DNA of 64,000 bases, from assembly GCA_026414725.1 (NCBI GenBank), contig JAOAIL010000006.1:390-64389 (forward strand). The letters run 5' to 3'. Both the position numbers and the translations under genes were made by a program. Of the stretch, positions 62,312 to 64,000 are shown piece after piece (position 1 is the first letter of the stretch; every line of letters begins with the position of its first letter). The notes under the pieces are model-generated. The model ran no database searches. It was not told the DNA's origin and saw only the letters and a list, made by a program, of their open reading frames with translations. The stretch is from a bacterium (GTDB lineage: Bacteria > Ratteibacteria > UBA8468 > B48-G9 > JAFGKM01).

Positions 62312-63064
62312 TTACTCCATTGCCGTGAGACGTTTTATATCTTCCAGTGTATCCACTGAAGGAGAATCCCTCTGGATAACTATAACCTTAAGTTTATATC
62401 CGTTTTCAATAATCCTTAACTGCTCTAATTTCTCAATCCTTTCAAGCGGACTGACAGGCAGTTTATGGAATATCTTGAGAAACTCCTTCCTGAAAAGATA
62501 TACACCTATATGTTTATAAAAACTCACCCTTTTCAACAATTCAGGAGTATTGCCTGTGAAATAGAGAGAAGGGTAGGGGATTAAAGAACGGGAAGAATAA
62601 AGGGTATTCCCTTCCTTATCAAAAACAATTTTTACAACATTTGTATCATAGACCTCATCTGCTTTTCTTATCTTTGTGGCTGATGTGGCAGCATAAATGT
62701 CCTTATCTTTTTTCATTATCTCCAGTGGTTTTTCAACTGCTTCAACAGGTAAAAATGGCTCATCTGCCTGTATATTTACCACTATATCCACATCCATATC
62801 TTTAACTGCCTCTGCTACCCTGTCAGTCCCGCTTTTACAGTCAGGGGATGTCATTATCACTTCTGCGCCTATCCGTCCTGCTTCCTCTGCTACCCTTCTA
62901 TCATCTGTGGCAATATATATAGCAGAGAACTCTTTAACCTTCTTTGCCCTTTCATATACCCTGTGGAGCACGGTCTTTCCATTGATTTCATAAAGCACTT
63001 TACCTTTCAACCGTTCAGAGCCGTACCTTGCAGGTATCACACATATTATCTTTTCTTTCCTCAT
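62312..63064 (-). CDS. kdsB: 3-deoxy-manno-octulosonate cytidylyltransferase
   Basis: VIPARYGSERLKGK N-terminal motif. Confidence 0.9.
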   Translation of the reverse strand: MRKEKIICVIPARYGSERLKGKVLYEINGKTVLHRVYERAKKVKEFSAIYIATDDRRVAEEAGRIGAEVIMTSPDCKSGTDRVAEAVKDMDVDIVVNIQADEPFLPVEAVEKPLEIMKKDKDIYAATSATKIRKADEVYDTNVVKIVFDKEGNTLYSSRSLIPYPSLYFTGNTPELLKRVSFYKHIGVYLFRKEFLKIFHKLPVSPLERIEKLEQLRIIENGYKLKVIVIQRDSPSVDTLEDIKRLTAME

Positions 63065-63081
63065 CTGTTTCCTTTTTATTT

Positions 63082-63325
63082 ACCCTCTCCCTTGAGTGGA
63101 GAGGTTCTATTAATTCTCCTCTCCCTTAGAGGGGAGGGGATTAAGGGGAGGGTGAGACCTCCGATGTACTTTTCCCCCTCATCCTTAACCTTCTCCCCCA
63201 TAGGGAGAAGGTATTTTAGGTATCCCCCTCATATGGGGAGGATTTCTTATTTACCCTCTCCCTTGAGGGGAGAGGGTTAGGGTGAGGATGAATACCTGTT
63301 TTAATCTTCATCCTCACCCCTTAAA
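63082..63325. repeat. Composite hairpin repeat cluster in reverse orientation, plus a perfect 13-bp inverted repeat
   Basis: CCCTCTCCCTTGAGGGGAGAGGG twice, CCTTCTCCCCCATAGGGAGAAGG, GGGTGAGACC; GGGTGAGGATGAA...TTCATCCTCACCC. Confidence 0.85.
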
Positions 63326-63373
63326 ATTGTATCATATAAAGGATTAAGATAAAATATACGGGATGGAGGAAAA

Positions 63374-63788
63374 ATGGAAAAGATAATAAGGTTCGGGGTA
63401 TCAATGGAGGAGAAACTCCTTGAGACATTTGACAGGTATATAAGGGATGAAGGGTATAAAAACCGTTCTGAGGCAATAAGGGACATCATAAGGAAGGAGT
63501 TTGTAGAGGAGGAATGGGAAAAAGATACTGATGTTGCTGGTTGTATACTTATTGTCTATGACCACCACAAAAGGGAACTTGTTTCAAGGATAATGGATAT
63601 ACAGCATGACTATTATGAAAATATCATCTCCACAGCAGCATATACATATGGACCACCACAACTGTCTTGAAATCGTAGTGGTAAAAGGGAAGGCAGATGC
63701 AATAAGACGTCTTTATGGACTCTTAAAAGCACTGAAAGGTGTTAAATACTCCACTCTCTCTAAAGCGAGCACAGGTAAAAAGATATAG
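63374..63788 (+). pseudogene. nikR: Nickel-responsive regulator NikR, reading frame disrupted by a 1-nt frameshift near 63630
   Basis: The RHH N-terminus (RFGVSMEEKLLETFD...GYKNRSEAIRDIIR) is in one frame. The Ni-site and C-terminal half (HIHMDHHNCLEIVVVKGKADAI...) continue in the +1 frame. Confidence 0.7.
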
Positions 63789-63789
63789 A

Positions 63790-64000
63790 TTATGGAAAAA
63801 GCAGAACTCTGCCCTGTTTATAATATCCCTTACTGACAAGACGGATACCTTTTTTTCCTGTAATCTCTCCTGATACCTTTGCTTTAATCTTATATTTCTC
63901 TGCTGTCTTAATAACCTTTTCTGGCTGTGATGTAATAAGAAGCATCCCCTGACCCATATTCCATACCGTATATGCCTCTCTATCATCCACACCGCCACAT
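63790..64000 (-). CDS. purM: PurM-like (AIR synthase family) protein, C-terminal fragment; the gene continues past the window end
   Basis: WNMGQGMLLI matches the PurM FNMGIGMVLV motif. The frame stays open to position 64000. Confidence 0.55.
   Translation of the reverse strand, partial: CGGVDDREAYTVWNMGQGMLLITSQPEKVIKTAEKYKIKAKVSGEITGKKGIRLVSKGYYKQGRVLLFP

Noticed and set aside
63723-63998. Minus-strand ORF 63723..63998 overlapping the nikR C-terminus.
   Set aside because: The alternative minus frame (63790 to the window end) matches the PurM C-terminus (WNMGQGMLLI), and the plus frame encodes the NikR C-terminus. This frame has no recognisable features.

Overview
This 64 kb window comes from an AT-rich bacterial chromosome (about 35% GC) with a diderm-type gene set (Skp/OmpH chaperone, KdsB, an O-antigen-ligase-like protein). 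Positions 1-8572 hold a complete type I-B CRISPR-Cas effector and adaptation operon of the Cst1/Tneap variant on the minus strand: cas6, cas8(Cst1), cas7, cas5, cas3, cas4 and a 5'-complete cas1 that runs off the left edge. A small cas11-like gene and, between cas6 and cas8, a translationally coupled pair made of an AbiEii/DUF1814-type nucleotidyltransferase and a 90-aa partner are embedded in the operon. No CRISPR array lies inside the window; it is presumably beyond position 1. The remainder is housekeeping: pyrK-pyrD, ricT, metG, pyrH-frr-cmk, fucI, pnp-rpsO, hisS-aspS, phoH-ybeY-dgkA-recO, class I fumarase, tRNA-Arg and tRNA-Pro, serS, eno, thiE, fucose-utilisation genes, purS-purL-purQ, a PhoB/PhoR-porin-pstS-arsC-pstCAB-phoU phosphate locus, ferredoxin, trpE-trpG, kdsB, nikR and the 3' end of purM. 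Five observations stand out beyond the cas operon. A cobalamin riboswitch with its own sigma70 promoter and intrinsic terminator sits upstream of a divergent, enlarged RNase HII-like gene. nikR is split by a 1-nt frameshift. A thioredoxin-type arsC sits inside the pst operon. At least ten intergenic spacers carry a family of composite GC-rich multi-hairpin repeats (MITE/REP-like), which include a roughly 95-nt conserved module present in three copies. Several genes carry short in-frame tandem duplications.
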